Shown piece after piece: positions 9,353 through 20,159 of a stretch of DNA of 64,000 nt. The notes beneath the pieces are model-generated. The model had not been told where the DNA came from and did no database searches. It saw only the letters and a list, made by a program, of their open reading frames with translations. Every line of letters starts with the position of its first letter. Position 1 is the stretch's first letter. The position numbers were made by a program, and so were the translations under genes. The stretch spans positions 186,001 to 250,000 of the forward strand of contig JAZKDQ010000001.1 in assembly GCA_040387495.1 (NCBI GenBank). Direction: 5' to 3'. Origin of the DNA: Pseudomonadota bacterium (lineage in GTDB: Bacteria; Pseudomonadota; Alphaproteobacteria; Paracaedibacterales; CAIOTO01).

Positions 9353-10762
9353 ATGAAAATAACAATGATTGGTGCAGGCTACGTTGGTCTAGTCACGGGC
9401 GCATGCTTTGCTGAATTTGGTTTTGATGTTGTCTGTATGGATAAAGACGCAAAAAAAATAGATTCACTTAACAAGGGGATTATCCCCATTTTTGAGCCTG
9501 GCCTTGATTCACTTGTGGCGCAAGGAACAAAAAATATGCGCCTTGCATTCACAACAGAGCTCACCGAATCAGTGGGCACATCAGATATTGTTATGATCGC
9601 CGTTGGCACGCCATCCAGACGCGGTGATGGCCATGCAGATCTTAGTTATGTTTATCAAGCAGCAAAAGACATTGCTGTAGCTATCAGTGGTTATACCGTT
9701 ATTGTTACTAAGTCTACGGTGCCTGTTGGTACGGGGGAAGAAGTTGCTGCGATCATTAGAAAAGAACGTCCAGACCTTGTGGAAGGTATTGATTTCGATG
9801 TTGCATCCAACCCAGAATTCCTACGTGAAGGCTCAGCCATTCAAGATTTTATGCGCCCTGATCGCGTTGTTATTGGTACAGATAGTCAAAAAGCGCGTGA
9901 GGTTATGCAACGTTTGTATCGTCCGCTGTACCTAATTGAAACACCTATTTTATTTACGAATAAACCAACTGCAGAGCTTATAAAGTATGCCGCTAATGGG
10001 TTCCTTGCACTTAAAATTGCATTCATCAATCAAATGGCTGATTTGTGTGAAAAAGCCGGCGCAGATGTGCAAGAGCTTGCAAAAGGAATGGGGCTAGACA
10101 ATCGTATTGGCCGAAAATTCCTCAACGTAAGCCCGGGCTACGGTGGTTCATGTTTTCCAAAAGATACGTTGGCACTTTCACGAACAGCGCAGCAGCTTGA
10201 GTCACCCTGCACAATTATCGATGCAGTGATTGAGGCAAACACGCAACGCAAAATTAATATGGCGAACCGTATTATTGCTAAGCTTGCTGAGCGCAAATTA
10301 ACAAAGCCACGTGTAGCTATTTTAGGTATTACATTCAAACCAAACACAGATGATATGCGTGATGCTGCAAGCCTGGTTATTATTCCAGAACTTTTAAAGC
10401 AAGGTATAGAGGTTGTTATTTACGATCCTTTGTATTACAAAAATTCAGAGTATTTGCCACACTTAGCCATTCAAGGCGTGACTTGGGAAAATGAAGTTAC
10501 CTTTGCACCAAGCGCGCGTGAAGCACTGAAAAATGCAGATGCACTGGTTATTCTGACGGAATGGAATGAATTCCGTGGCATTGACTTGGCTGAAATTAAG
10601 GCTGGTCTTGCGACGCCAAAAGGGTTTTTGCCATTACTGATTGACCTTCGTAATATTTATAAAACAGCGGAAGTCTCGGGTTTGAACTACGTGTCACTTG
10701 GGCGGCCAGAGATGAATATTTCAGTGGAAGTAATGCAAACCACACTGAAGCACGCTGTTTAG
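9353..10762 (+). CDS. ugd: UDP-glucose 6-dehydrogenase
   Basis: GAGYVGL, AVGTPS, KSTVPVGT, SNPEFLREG, GYGGSCFPKD, FKPNTDDMR. Confidence 0.96.
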   Translation: MKITMIGAGYVGLVTGACFAEFGFDVVCMDKDAKKIDSLNKGIIPIFEPGLDSLVAQGTKNMRLAFTTELTESVGTSDIVMIAVGTPSRRGDGHADLSYVYQAAKDIAVAISGYTVIVTKSTVPVGTGEEVAAIIRKERPDLVEGIDFDVASNPEFLREGSAIQDFMRPDRVVIGTDSQKAREVMQRLYRPLYLIETPILFTNKPTAELIKYAANGFLALKIAFINQMADLCEKAGADVQELAKGMGLDNRIGRKFLNVSPGYGGSCFPKDTLALSRTAQQLESPCTIIDAVIEANTQRKINMANRIIAKLAERKLTKPRVAILGITFKPNTDDMRDAASLVIIPELLKQGIEVVIYDPLYYKNSEYLPHLAIQGVTWENEVTFAPSAREALKNADALVILTEWNEFRGIDLAEIKAGLATPKGFLPLLIDLRNIYKTAEVSGLNYVSLGRPEMNISVEVMQTTLKHAV

Positions 10763-10835
10763 ATTTTACTGCCTTGCACTTTCTTTTGATCCATTGCACT
10801 CTATGGTTAGGTGGATTTAACGCGTGTTATAAGTC

Positions 10836-12116
10836 ATGTCTCATATTCTGAAAGACGTCCTTATTGATGGCCTAAATGGTATGTATCGATTAGCCACGAT
10901 CTATATTGAAAATGGATTGATTGCACGCATCGATTCGTCTGAAATCCACATACATGATATCGGTTGTGCTAAATTTTATGTAACATGCGGGTTTGTAAAT
11001 AGTCATATTCATCCCAATCAATTATCTGATCGACGAATGCTGGATGGTCTGCCTATTTCGCAATTGCTCAGTATCATGCATACACAACACAAAAAAACAG
11101 ATGAAGATCGTTATGCACAGGCGATCTGTGTGTTGATTGATGCCCTTAAAAGCGGAGCAACGAGTATGTATGCTATCGCATCTAACCCTGTGCCAGCAAT
11201 ACGTGCGTTTAAGGATCTCGATTTAACAGGCGCAATTTCATGTGTCTTTAATGATGTATGGGAAGGTGAGGGGAATACGCCTTCGCAAACCAATCTTGTT
11301 GATGTTGAAAATCAATTCGCAGAATTTTATAAATATAATTCAGACGACCTTAAAATTCATATAGGCAGCGCATCGATTTTAACGGCGTCTAATGATTTGC
11401 TTTTGCTGTTTGATGATATCTCGAAGCGATATAATACACGCGTGAACATTCATATGAGCGAGGGAAGAGATTGCGTTGAAAAATGCCTGCAGAATAGAGG
11501 TTTCACGCCGGTTCGTTTGTTAGCACATCTTGATGTGTTGAATGAACGATGGAATTTGATTCATGCAACGACAGTTGATGATGTAGAGGTTCAATTGATT
11601 GCTGACTCTGGGGCAACGATAACGCATTGTCCAGTGAGTAATGCAAAAACGGGTGTTGGTATTGCGCCGATGAAGGCATTTCATGCATCGGATGTGACTA
11701 TTGGTTTGGGTACCGATGCATGCAGTAATAACAATACAAATAATATTTTGAACGAAGCCTATTTTGCTATGTTACTTCAGAGTGCGTTGCATAAAGACCC
11801 TGCGCTGTTCACGATTGATACGGTGTTTGAATGGATGACAACAAATGGACTTAAGATTATTGATTCTGCTAAAAGTGGCAAGCTAGAGGTTGGACAGCGC
11901 GCAGATGTGTTGTTGTGGGATTTAAGTGTGCCCGCATTTACGCCGCTTGCACATGGTCGGTTGAAATCGGTTTTGATTAATAATGCACCTGATGTTAAAC
12001 CGCACACCGTCTTGGTAAATGGTAATGTAGTTATTGAAAATTTTACTTTTGTTGGAACAGCAGAAGCAAAGGCGTTGCAAGCTGTTAATGCTTGGTCGCG
12101 TGAGAGTTGCGGGTAA
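10836..12116 (+). CDS. Amidohydrolase family metal-dependent deaminase (MtaD/SsnA-like)
   Basis: GFVNSHIH (HxH), IHMSEG, HCPVSNAK, GLGTDACSNN, GKLEVGQRAD. Confidence 0.85.
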   Translation: MSHILKDVLIDGLNGMYRLATIYIENGLIARIDSSEIHIHDIGCAKFYVTCGFVNSHIHPNQLSDRRMLDGLPISQLLSIMHTQHKKTDEDRYAQAICVLIDALKSGATSMYAIASNPVPAIRAFKDLDLTGAISCVFNDVWEGEGNTPSQTNLVDVENQFAEFYKYNSDDLKIHIGSASILTASNDLLLLFDDISKRYNTRVNIHMSEGRDCVEKCLQNRGFTPVRLLAHLDVLNERWNLIHATTVDDVEVQLIADSGATITHCPVSNAKTGVGIAPMKAFHASDVTIGLGTDACSNNNTNNILNEAYFAMLLQSALHKDPALFTIDTVFEWMTTNGLKIIDSAKSGKLEVGQRADVLLWDLSVPAFTPLAHGRLKSVLINNAPDVKPHTVLVNGNVVIENFTFVGTAEAKALQAVNAWSRESCG

Positions 12117-12123
12117 GTTTTTC

Positions 12124-12196
12124 TTAGTTTCCTTCGTGCACGCCGCCTTGACACGAGGGTCCATGGATCCTCCGATTAAATCGGAGGAAAACTAGA
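12124..12196. repeat. REP-like palindromic element, family C
   Basis: CTTGACACGAGGGTCCATGGATCCTCCGATTAAATCGGAGGA between convergent genes; partial copy CCCTCGGGCTTGACGCGAGGAT at 8379-8405. Confidence 0.55.
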
Positions 12197-12237
12197 GGTG
12201 AGGAATACTAATAAGGGTGCGTTGATAACATATGCAA

Positions 12238-14826
12238 CTACAGACTCGCAACCAATTTTTCCACCAAACCACTAATCGCATCGGCATTGACGCCGCCAGC
12301 TTGTGCCAAATCTGGTCTGCCACCTCCACCTTGGCCACCTAAAATCTCAGCACCGCGGCGTGCTAAATCAACTGCACTTACGCGTGATGTTAAGTCAGTA
12401 GTAACACCAACAACAAGTGATATTTTTCCATCTTCGACGCTGGTGACAAGGGCGATGCCACTGCCAAGTTCCGTTTTTAATTGATCGGCGATGGATTTCA
12501 GATCTTTAGCCGACACATTGGTAAGATGCCTAACAGCGGCTTTGTATGCGCCAAAGGAAATGATAGATGTACTGGCTTCCGCACCGCCTGATTTAAGCGC
12601 GAGTTCCTTTTTTAAATCTTGAATTTGTTTGTTCAAATCACTCACCGTTTTACGGTTTTGCTCGCGTTCAAGATCCAATGTGTCTTCGGTTGTATTTAAC
12701 AGTGCTAACACTGAAAAACTTGTAATTGCCTCGATGCGGCGCACGCCAGATGATACGCTGCTCTCTGACATGAGTTTTAAGATTCCAATGTCACCTGTGG
12801 CTTTAACATGAATACCACCACACAGCTCTACCGAGAAACGTTCATCACCCAGCGATACGACGCGTACTTCATCGCCATAACGTTCACCGAATAGTGCCAT
12901 GGCACCAGCTTCGATGGCTTTTTCAGGTGTTGCAATCTTGGTAACTGTTGTTTGATTTGTTTGAATCTGTTGATTTACGATTTGTTCGACCGCTGTCCAT
13001 TCTGCATCGGTAAGCGCTTTTTGGTGAGTAAAGTCAAACCGAAGGCGATTGGCATCAACCAATGATCCTTTTTGACATACATGATCACCTAGTACCGTGC
13101 GAAGGGCCGCTTGCAGTAAATGCGTTGCCGAGTGGTTCGCTGCGATTTGATTGCGACGGCCGATATCAACGATGGTTTTGACTGCTGCCCCACAATGAAC
13201 AATACCATGCGTTACGGTTGCAAGATGCACAAAAAGACTATCAACTTTTTTAACGCAATCAGTCACGTTTAGGATAAATCCATTTTCATCCGCAACGCTT
13301 TTAATGATACCTGTGTCGCCAACTTGGCCGCCGGATTCTGCATAAAATGGAGTTTGATTTAGCAGCACCCAAACTTGGTCGCCAGTTTTTGCTTCACTTA
13401 CGCATTTTCCGTCTTTGATGATGGCTTGAATAACGGCCTCAGCAGCTTCCGTGGAATAACCTAAAAATTCTGATGCGCCATGTTGTTCACGAAGATCGAA
13501 CCATATTTGTTCTTGCACATTATCGCCGGTACCAACCCATGATGCGCGGGCTTTTTTTCGTTGTTCATCCATGTGCGTATTGAAACCTGCCACGTCAACT
13601 TCACGATTTTCTCCGCGTAAAACATCTTGCGTTAGATCAAGCGGGAAACCATAGGTGTCATATAAACGAAAGGCAACATCACCAGGAAGAGGCGCATTGG
13701 CACCAAGCTTAGTTGTGCTTTCATTGAGAACTTTAAGACCGCGATCCAGGGTTTGACGAAAGCGTTCTTCCTCAAGCAATAGCGTTTGTTCAATCAGTGT
13801 TTTTGTGCGACAAATTTCAGGGAATGCTTCCCCCATTTGGTTAATCAATGTGGGAACAAGCTGCCACATCAATGGTGCTTTTGCCCCCAAAATATGTGCG
13901 TGACGCATGCCGCGGCGCATGATTCTGCGCAGCACATAACCGCGTCCTTCGTTCGATGGTAACACGCCGTCTGCAATTAGGAATGCACTTGCACGGAGGT
14001 GATCCGCAATTACGTTGTGTGATTGACGAAGGCTTGTATTGCCTGTCAATGACTGTGATGCATCAATCAATGCTGCAAATAAATCGGTATCAAAGTTATT
14101 ATGTTTTCCTTGTAGAACAGAAGAAACACGTTCCAGTCCCATGCCAGTATCAATGGATGGATTCGGTAGCTTAATACGTGTTCCATCAGCCATTTGTTCG
14201 AACTGCATGAAAACAAGGTTCCAAATTTCAATAAAACGGTCGCCATCTTCATCTGGTGAACCAGGAGGCCCACCCGCAATCTTATCACCATGATCAAAGA
14301 AAATTTCAGAACACGGTCCGCATGGTCCAGTATCGCCCATTGACCAGAAATTATCAGATGTTGCAATGCGAATGATTTTATCATCAGTGTAACCACCAAT
14401 TTTTTTCCAAAGTGATACCGCTTCATCATCATCTGCATAAACAGTGACGAGGAGTCGTTTTTGGTCAAGGCCATATTCTTTTGTGATCAGGTTGTGCGCT
14501 AGGTAAATGGCTTCTTCTTTGAAATAATCCCCAAATGAAAAATTGCCGAGCATTTCAAAAAACGTATGATGACGTGCTGTGTATCCAACATTATCAAGGT
14601 CATTATGTTTTCCGCCTGCACGAACGCATTTTTGTGATGTCACCGCACGTGTGTAGGCACGCTTTTCCATGCCTGTGAACAAATCCTTAAATTGCACCAT
14701 GCCGGCCGCTGTGAACATCAACGTCGGATCATTTTGTGGTACAAGTGGGCTAGAGGCCACGTGCGTGTGTCCGTTTTTCACGAAATAATCAATAAAGGTG
14801 CGGCGAATGTCTGCAAGCGATTTCAT
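12238..14826 (-). CDS. alaS: Alanine--tRNA ligase
   Basis: [72 protein letters not shown]. Confidence 0.98.
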   Translation of the reverse strand: MKSLADIRRTFIDYFVKNGHTHVASSPLVPQNDPTLMFTAAGMVQFKDLFTGMEKRAYTRAVTSQKCVRAGGKHNDLDNVGYTARHHTFFEMLGNFSFGDYFKEEAIYLAHNLITKEYGLDQKRLLVTVYADDDEAVSLWKKIGGYTDDKIIRIATSDNFWSMGDTGPCGPCSEIFFDHGDKIAGGPPGSPDEDGDRFIEIWNLVFMQFEQMADGTRIKLPNPSIDTGMGLERVSSVLQGKHNNFDTDLFAALIDASQSLTGNTSLRQSHNVIADHLRASAFLIADGVLPSNEGRGYVLRRIMRRGMRHAHILGAKAPLMWQLVPTLINQMGEAFPEICRTKTLIEQTLLLEEERFRQTLDRGLKVLNESTTKLGANAPLPGDVAFRLYDTYGFPLDLTQDVLRGENREVDVAGFNTHMDEQRKKARASWVGTGDNVQEQIWFDLREQHGASEFLGYSTEAAEAVIQAIIKDGKCVSEAKTGDQVWVLLNQTPFYAESGGQVGDTGIIKSVADENGFILNVTDCVKKVDSLFVHLATVTHGIVHCGAAVKTIVDIGRRNQIAANHSATHLLQAALRTVLGDHVCQKGSLVDANRLRFDFTHQKALTDAEWTAVEQIVNQQIQTNQTTVTKIATPEKAIEAGAMALFGERYGDEVRVVSLGDERFSVELCGGIHVKATGDIGILKLMSESSVSSGVRRIEAITSFSVLALLNTTEDTLDLEREQNRKTVSDLNKQIQDLKKELALKSGGAEASTSIISFGAYKAAVRHLTNVSAKDLKSIADQLKTELGSGIALVTSVEDGKISLVVGVTTDLTSRVSAVDLARRGAEILGGQGGGGRPDLAQAGGVNADAISGLVEKLVASL

Positions 14827-15004
14827 ACGAATGATGTCCAGAGTTTATTAAAAGAATTTCCTTTAGTGTAACCTAGGTTTTTGGCAAAAACCATTGAAAA
14901 TATATGGATTTATAAGCATAAGATTTACCTTTCTTCTAAAACACGTTAATCTGAATATGATAAATATTGTAAATCCATTAAATGTGGAAAAAAAGGAATC
15001 CCTT

Positions 15005-16261
15005 ATGACCATACGCATTACAACCCTCGATAGTGGCCTTCGGATTGTCACCGATACCAATGACTCGGTGCAAACGATTTCATGTGGCGCTTGGTTCAAT
15101 GTAGGAACGCGTCATGAAACGAAAGAAATTAATGGCATTGCGCATATGTTGGAACATATGGCGTTTAAGGGGACGAAACGTCGCACGGCCGTGCAAATCG
15201 CCGAGGAAATTGAATCAGTCGGTGGTTATCTTAATGCATATACCGCACGTGAAGTGACGGCATACTATGCACGGATCTTAAAAGATGATCTACCGTTAGC
15301 GGTTGATATTTTGGCGGATATTTTGCAACATTCAACATTTGATGCCGAAGAATTTGAACGTGAACGCGGTGTTATCATTCAAGAAATTGGTCAAACAAAT
15401 GACACGCCAGACGATGTTGTTTTTGATTATTTTCAAGAAACGTGTTATCCAGATCAGCCTATGGGATGGCCAACACTTGGTACCGAAGATGTGATCCGTG
15501 CGCTAACGCCGGAGCAGGTAAGTGGGTATATGCATGATAATTATAGCTTGTCAAATATGGTGTTTTCAGCGGCGGGAAATGTGTCGCATGAGGCGGTGGT
15601 TGCACTTTGTCAGCAACATTTTAATGTCATGCAAAAAGATAGGCCTTTAACGCCAAAGCCAGCGGTATATGGCGGAGGGGAGTTTCGTCAAGAAAAGGAA
15701 CTTGAGCAAGCACATATTATTCTCGGCTTTGAAGGTGTACCGTTTCAGCACCCTGATTATTATTCCATGATGGTATATTCCACTATTTTAGGCGGTGGTA
15801 TGTCATCACGTTTGTTCCAAGAAATTCGTGAAAAGCGCGGTCTTGTTTATACCGTGCAGTCCAGCACATCAAGTTATCGTGATTCGGGTGTGTTTCAGAT
15901 TTATGCTGGAACGGGCGAGAAAGAAGTAGCTGAGCTTGTGCCGGTAATGTGTGAAGAATTACGTAAGATGTCTGTAGATGTGTCAGATGCCGAAATTAAG
16001 CGCGCAAAAACACAAATTAAGGCAGGCCTGATGATGGGGCTTGAAAGCACATCGAATCGCTGCGAGCGGTTGGCGAATCAGATATTGATTTATGGAAAGC
16101 CTGTATCACCAGAAGAAGTCTGTGCGCATATTGATGCCGTATCAAAAGATGATCTGTTGCGGGTTGCATCTACGATTTTAAAAAAGAAACCAACGTTGAC
16201 GGCATTGGGACCGATTAAGCATTTACCACAATTGGATGCGATTAATTCTTTCCTCATTTAA
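15005..16261 (+). CDS. M16 family zinc peptidase (bacterial MPP-like)
   Basis: NGIAHMLEHMAFKGT (HxxEH), LNAYTARE, ILGGGMSSRLFQEIREKRGLVY; ATG at 15005 after AAGGAA. Confidence 0.93.
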   Translation: MTIRITTLDSGLRIVTDTNDSVQTISCGAWFNVGTRHETKEINGIAHMLEHMAFKGTKRRTAVQIAEEIESVGGYLNAYTAREVTAYYARILKDDLPLAVDILADILQHSTFDAEEFERERGVIIQEIGQTNDTPDDVVFDYFQETCYPDQPMGWPTLGTEDVIRALTPEQVSGYMHDNYSLSNMVFSAAGNVSHEAVVALCQQHFNVMQKDRPLTPKPAVYGGGEFRQEKELEQAHIILGFEGVPFQHPDYYSMMVYSTILGGGMSSRLFQEIREKRGLVYTVQSSTSSYRDSGVFQIYAGTGEKEVAELVPVMCEELRKMSVDVSDAEIKRAKTQIKAGLMMGLESTSNRCERLANQILIYGKPVSPEEVCAHIDAVSKDDLLRVASTILKKKPTLTALGPIKHLPQLDAINSFLI

Positions 16262-16273
16262 ATAAATTGCAAA

Positions 16274-16374
16274 CATTTCAGATCATTTTGCGAACGCTAT
16301 CGTCATGGCGAGCATCTTTGATGCGTGGCCATCCAGTTAGGGCGGGATTCGTTTCGCAAGAATGATCTGAAATG
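16274..16374. repeat. Composite palindrome: about 21-bp outer inverted repeat enclosing a family-A REP half
   Basis: CATTTCAGATCATT-TTGCGAA ... TTCGCAAGAATGATCTGAAATG with internal CGTCATGGCGAGCATCTTTGATGCGTGGCCATCCAG. Confidence 0.65.
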
Positions 16375-16389
16375 GGTATATACTGATAT

Positions 16390-16422
16390 AAAAAGCCCAA
16401 CGGAAATTCATTGGGCTTTTTT
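16390..16422. terminator. Bidirectional intrinsic terminator between the M16 peptidase gene and rpsP
   Basis: AAAAAGCCCAA...TTGGGCTTTTTT. Confidence 0.75.
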
Positions 16423-16444
16423 AGTATGCTTACTTGATAGTAAC

Positions 16445-16792
16445 TTAAGCTGCTGCAGCTGCAGTCGCTTCAGCTTTTGCGCGCTCTTGTGCTTTTTTCT
16501 TTGGTGCTGATTTTGTTGGTTTATCCGTACGGTCTACTGCAGGAATAATGCTTGCACGTGACAAGAACAATTGTACGCGGTCTGTTGGTTGTGCACCTAC
16601 AGATAGCCAATACTTAATACGCTCTTGATTCAAGACAACGCGATCTGCGTGATCAGAAGCCAACATTGGATTATATGATCCAACGCGCTCAACGAAACGA
16701 CCATCACGTGGTGATGTAGCTTCAGCAACAACGATACGGTAGAATGGGCGCTTTTTAGCCCCGCCACGTGCCAAACGAATTTTTAATGCCAT
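16445..16792 (-). CDS. rpsP: 30S ribosomal protein S16
   Basis: [51 protein letters not shown]. Confidence 0.98.
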   Translation of the reverse strand: MALKIRLARGGAKKRPFYRIVVAEATSPRDGRFVERVGSYNPMLASDHADRVVLNQERIKYWLSVGAQPTDRVQLFLSRASIIPAVDRTDKPTKSAPKKKAQERAKAEATAAAAA

Positions 16793-16844
16793 TTATATAT
16801 CTCCTAAAACATTAATATCAATTTTAATTATCATGACAGCTTTT

Positions 16845-16906
16845 CGTCATTTGTGATTTCACTTAGCGAGGCCTTAGAGGGCCGCTTCATGCAAGTCACA
16901 ATAACG
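16845..16906. repeat. Imperfect hairpin between ffh and rpsP (degenerate family-A-like element)
   Basis: CGTCATTTGTGATTT...AAGTCACAATAACG arms with internal GCGAGGCC..AGGGCCGC. Confidence 0.4.
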
Positions 16907-16916
16907 TTAGCTGCTA

Positions 16917-18266
16917 CTAGTTACCAAAGAGAGCGCCGAGTTTTCCTGACATCAAACCCTTTGTTCCCGTTTTTCCTAATTGTTTCATCATCAACTGCAT
17001 TTGTTGATGCTGTTTAAGCAGACGATTCACATCCGAAACCTCAAGTCCTGCACCTTTTGCAATACGTCGACGTCTGGAAGCGTTTAAAATCTGCACGTTT
17101 TTACGCTCTTTTTTTGTCATTGAATGGATGATGCCCAGCTGGCGACGGATGACTTTGTCATCCATACCTGATTGTGCAATCTTATCTTTGAGTTTACCCA
17201 TTCCTGGCAGAAACCCCATCATATTCGAAATTCCACCCATCTTCAACATTTGTTCGATGTGTTGTGCCATATCATTGAGGTCAAAGATCCCTTTTTGCAT
17301 CTTTTTGGCCATTTTTTCGGCATCTTCAGCATTGACAACCTCTGAAGCTCGCTCAACTAGGCTTACAATATCACCCATATCAAGAATGCGCCCAGCTAAA
17401 CGTTCTGGATGAAAGATTTCTAAATGATCTGATTTTTCACCAACACCAAGAAATTTAATTGGGCATCCCGTAACGGCGCGCATAGATAATGCAGCACCAC
17501 CACGACTATCGCCATCAATACGTGTGAGTACGAGGCCTGTGATTGGCAGAGCGTCTTTAAATCCTTGTGCAATACGAACAGCATCTTGCCCTGTCATTGC
17601 ATCAGCAACAAGTAAAATTTCAATTGGCTTCGTTGCAGCTTGAATCGCTTTTACTTCGTCCATTAACATGTCGTCAATATGCAAGCGACCGGCGGTGTCA
17701 TAGATGATTACATCAATGCTACCTTGGCGTGCGCGTTCAATAGCACGTGCAACGATGGTAAGTGGCTTTTCACCTTCAATGATCGGTAAGGATTCAATGG
17801 ATAGTGATTGTGCGAGAACTTCTAGCTGATGTTGTGCTGCCGGGCGATAAATGTCGAGCGATACCAGTAAAACACGTTTTTTTAGTTTTTCATGAATATG
17901 TTTCGCAAGTTTGCCTGAAGTCGTTGTTTTACCTGACCCTTGCAGGCCAACCATGAGGATAGAGGCGGGTGGGGTTGTGGCAAGGTTAAGTTCAACACCC
18001 GTTGAGCCTAATAGCTCAATTAAATGATCATGTACAATTTTAATGACCATTTGGCCAGGTGAAATGCTTCGTAATACCTCTTGGCCGATGGCGTGCGTGC
18101 GCACTTGCTCAACAAAATCTTTAACAACTGGAAGAGAAACATCCGCCTCAAGTAAGGCAATACGAATTTCACGCAAAGCACTATTAACGTCGTCTTCCGA
18201 TAGAAGGCCACGTCCGCGAAGCTTGTCAAATACAGACGTTAAACGCTGGCTGAGGTTTTGGAACAT
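16917..18266 (-). CDS. ffh: Signal recognition particle protein Ffh
   Basis: ALLEADV, GLQGSGKTTT, DIYRPAA, DTAGRLHID, DAMTGQDA, GDSRGGAALS, SRRRRIAKGAG. Confidence 0.98.
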   Translation of the reverse strand: MFQNLSQRLTSVFDKLRGRGLLSEDDVNSALREIRIALLEADVSLPVVKDFVEQVRTHAIGQEVLRSISPGQMVIKIVHDHLIELLGSTGVELNLATTPPASILMVGLQGSGKTTTSGKLAKHIHEKLKKRVLLVSLDIYRPAAQHQLEVLAQSLSIESLPIIEGEKPLTIVARAIERARQGSIDVIIYDTAGRLHIDDMLMDEVKAIQAATKPIEILLVADAMTGQDAVRIAQGFKDALPITGLVLTRIDGDSRGGAALSMRAVTGCPIKFLGVGEKSDHLEIFHPERLAGRILDMGDIVSLVERASEVVNAEDAEKMAKKMQKGIFDLNDMAQHIEQMLKMGGISNMMGFLPGMGKLKDKIAQSGMDDKVIRRQLGIIHSMTKKERKNVQILNASRRRRIAKGAGLEVSDVNRLLKQHQQMQLMMKQLGKTGTKGLMSGKLGALFGN

Positions 18267-18475
18267 TATGTATACACTAATTTCAAAGTAAGTTTAATCT
18301 AATGCGTAATGATAGAAAAAACAAGAATAAAATGAGTCATTAACACAAAACATAGCTTTATTGATTAGTATCTTTTATTTTTTCGTCTGCGCAGGATTTA
18401 ACTTTAATTATCCAGCTAATGATACACAAGCAGGGGATTTAGTATTCTTACGAAAGTTGAGTGAACATAGCTAAG

Positions 18476-18516
18476 GCACCATATTTGATTCCAATTATGA
18501 ATATCAAATATGGTGC
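18476..18516. repeat. 14-bp perfect inverted repeat just downstream of the ankyrin gene (possible terminator)
   Basis: GCACCATATTTGAT-N13-ATCAAATATGGTGC; no clear U-tract. Confidence 0.55.
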
Positions 18517-18548
18517 TTGCCGATTTACTTGGACAAAGACGATTGTTG

Positions 18549-19928
18549 CTATGCGGGGGCTACAGGTGCTGGTTGCGCCACTGGCGACACTGTTGCTGAT
18601 GCAGTTATTGATGTTTGTAAATACTTGCTTATGAACTCAAGTGCTTCTTTTTTGTATGAAGAATCTTTCCCTTCTTCTTCTTTCTGGATTTCACTATAAA
18701 TTTTTGTGATGCTAGCTTTATCTAATAGGGGGATTCCTGCCCGTGGTGTCAAAAAGCTCTTCATAGTAAGAATACGTCCTTTTAGGGCAGCAATTTTAAA
18801 TGCTTGAATCATCCCAGCTTGATCTGGCAATGGCACCCCTGCATGTTGTGTCATTAGGAATTCAACGACTTTACGTTCTCCATTTTGTACTGCTGTTACT
18901 AATGCATGGTTTATCTGACGTTGATCTGGTAACGAAATATTTTCATGAGGAAGGAACAAGTATTCTATAATGTTAACATGACCATTTTGAGCAGCCCATG
19001 TTAATGCTCGTTTTGCTCCTGCTTGGCTTGGCAGAGGTAAGCTCTTATTATTTGGCAAACCATTATGAGGGGTGAACAGCCATTTTAAGACGTCAAGGTG
19101 TCCGCCGCCAGCAGCCATGAAAAAAGCATCATCAACGGAATCTTGACTTGGGGCAGGTAATTTTTGGTGCTGTATTAAAATATCCATGATGCTTAAATGT
19201 CCGCCACATGCAGCTGTGCTAAAGGCTTTGTTTACACCATGTTGATCTGGTAGAGGTGTTTCTGTTGGAACAGTTATTGTTTTATTTGCATCGTTCGGAT
19301 TTGGCACAGGTATTCCTAATAAGTATTTTGCAGTTCCCATGCGACCATTTGCTGCTTGGCTAAGAAGTTTGTTAACTTCATGCTTGCTTGGTTTGTGTTT
19401 AAGATTAGGATCTATAAGAATGCTATGCATCGGATAATAAAAACCATAGTTAGATGCTAAGAATAATGCAAGTTTGACTGTTTTTTGTGATGTAACGATG
19501 TCTTTTTGTTTGTTTGCTAATATTTCTCTGATTACCCTTTTATTATCTAGTAAATATTCATTTTCCAAGTCTTCAAGTATGCCTTTTGCTAACACGCTCA
19601 TATCTGAATGTGAATTGCTGGTGTTTGAATGTGAATTGTTGGATTGCCTATTTGAGGTGCCCCCCATAGATTGCCCTGAGGTATTTCCAGAATTATTACC
19701 TGTGTATTGCTGGTTGTTATTTCCAGAATTATTACCTGCGTATTGCTGGTTGTTATTTCCAGAAGTGTTGCCTGCGTATTGCTGGTTGTTATTTCCCGAA
19801 TTTCCGCCTGTATATTGCTGATTACTATTCCCAGAATTGTTTGAATATGGCGCGGCATATTGGTCAGCAAAAGCAATGCTTATAGACAAGATTGAAATGG
19901 TTGACAGTAACGCTAATTTCGTATGCAT
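18549..19928 (-). CDS. Secreted ankyrin-repeat protein with an N-terminal N/G/Q/S-rich tandem repeat
   Basis: Signal peptide ending AFA; repeats AFSTAACGGHLSIMDILI, AFFMAAGGGHLDVLKWLF, ALTWAAQNGHVNIIEYLF, ALVTAVQNGERKVVEFLM, AFKIAALKGRILTMKSFL joined by P-[SD]-Q linkers. Confidence 0.85.
   Translation of the reverse strand: MHTKLALLSTISILSISIAFADQYAAPYSNNSGNSNQQYTGGNSGNNNQQYAGNTSGNNNQQYAGNNSGNNNQQYTGNNSGNTSGQSMGGTSNRQSNNSHSNTSNSHSDMSVLAKGILEDLENEYLLDNKRVIREILANKQKDIVTSQKTVKLALFLASNYGFYYPMHSILIDPNLKHKPSKHEVNKLLSQAANGRMGTAKYLLGIPVPNPNDANKTITVPTETPLPDQHGVNKAFSTAACGGHLSIMDILIQHQKLPAPSQDSVDDAFFMAAGGGHLDVLKWLFTPHNGLPNNKSLPLPSQAGAKRALTWAAQNGHVNIIEYLFLPHENISLPDQRQINHALVTAVQNGERKVVEFLMTQHAGVPLPDQAGMIQAFKIAALKGRILTMKSFLTPRAGIPLLDKASITKIYSEIQKEEEGKDSSYKKEALEFISKYLQTSITASATVSPVAQPAPVAPA
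19683..19841. repeat. 36-bp coding tandem repeat (about 4.4 copies)
   Basis: Unit ATTTCCAGAATTATTACCTGYGTATTGCTGGTTGTT at 19683, 19719, 19755, 19791; encodes [NT]SGNNNQQY[AT]G[NG]. Confidence 0.9.
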
Positions 19929-20159
19929 GGCCTAATCCTTTTTAATTAAATTTTTTAATAATATGTATGAAACAATGATTTTATTTAGAATCATATCTAC
20001 GCTCTGTGTATTAGCAAAACCTTGAAAACAATACATATTTCTCTCTCTTAATTTATATATTAAGTTAATTAAGTTAAAAAATTATTAATTAAATGTAATA
20101 TTTTTTGTATATTGTGATGAAACATGAAGATATTTAGTGAATTATTTCTTTTTTAAGGT

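Noticed and set aside
14894..15004. N-terminal extensions given by the ORF track (M16 peptidase; also RatA 53743, tsf 33241, mutY 45485)
   Set aside because: Downstream ATGs with an RBS and/or family-typical N-termini are better starts; the extensions are not evidence of targeting peptides.
18331..18474. Short open frame with a signal-like stretch (NIALLISIFYFFVCAG)
   Set aside because: No proper start codon or RBS and too short to assign; at most a gene relic.
19683..19841. 36-bp repeats as a possible CRISPR array
   Set aside because: Repeats are contiguous with no unique spacers, in-frame within a CDS, and there are no cas genes.
19474..19876. Alternative-frame ORFs 19474-19821 (+) and 19598-19876 (-)
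   Set aside because: Shadows of the repeat region of the ankyrin gene.
20074..20088. TTAA-N7-TTAA in the spacer upstream of the ankyrin gene
   Set aside because: Embedded in nearly pure A/T sequence with many TTAA words, so likely chance.
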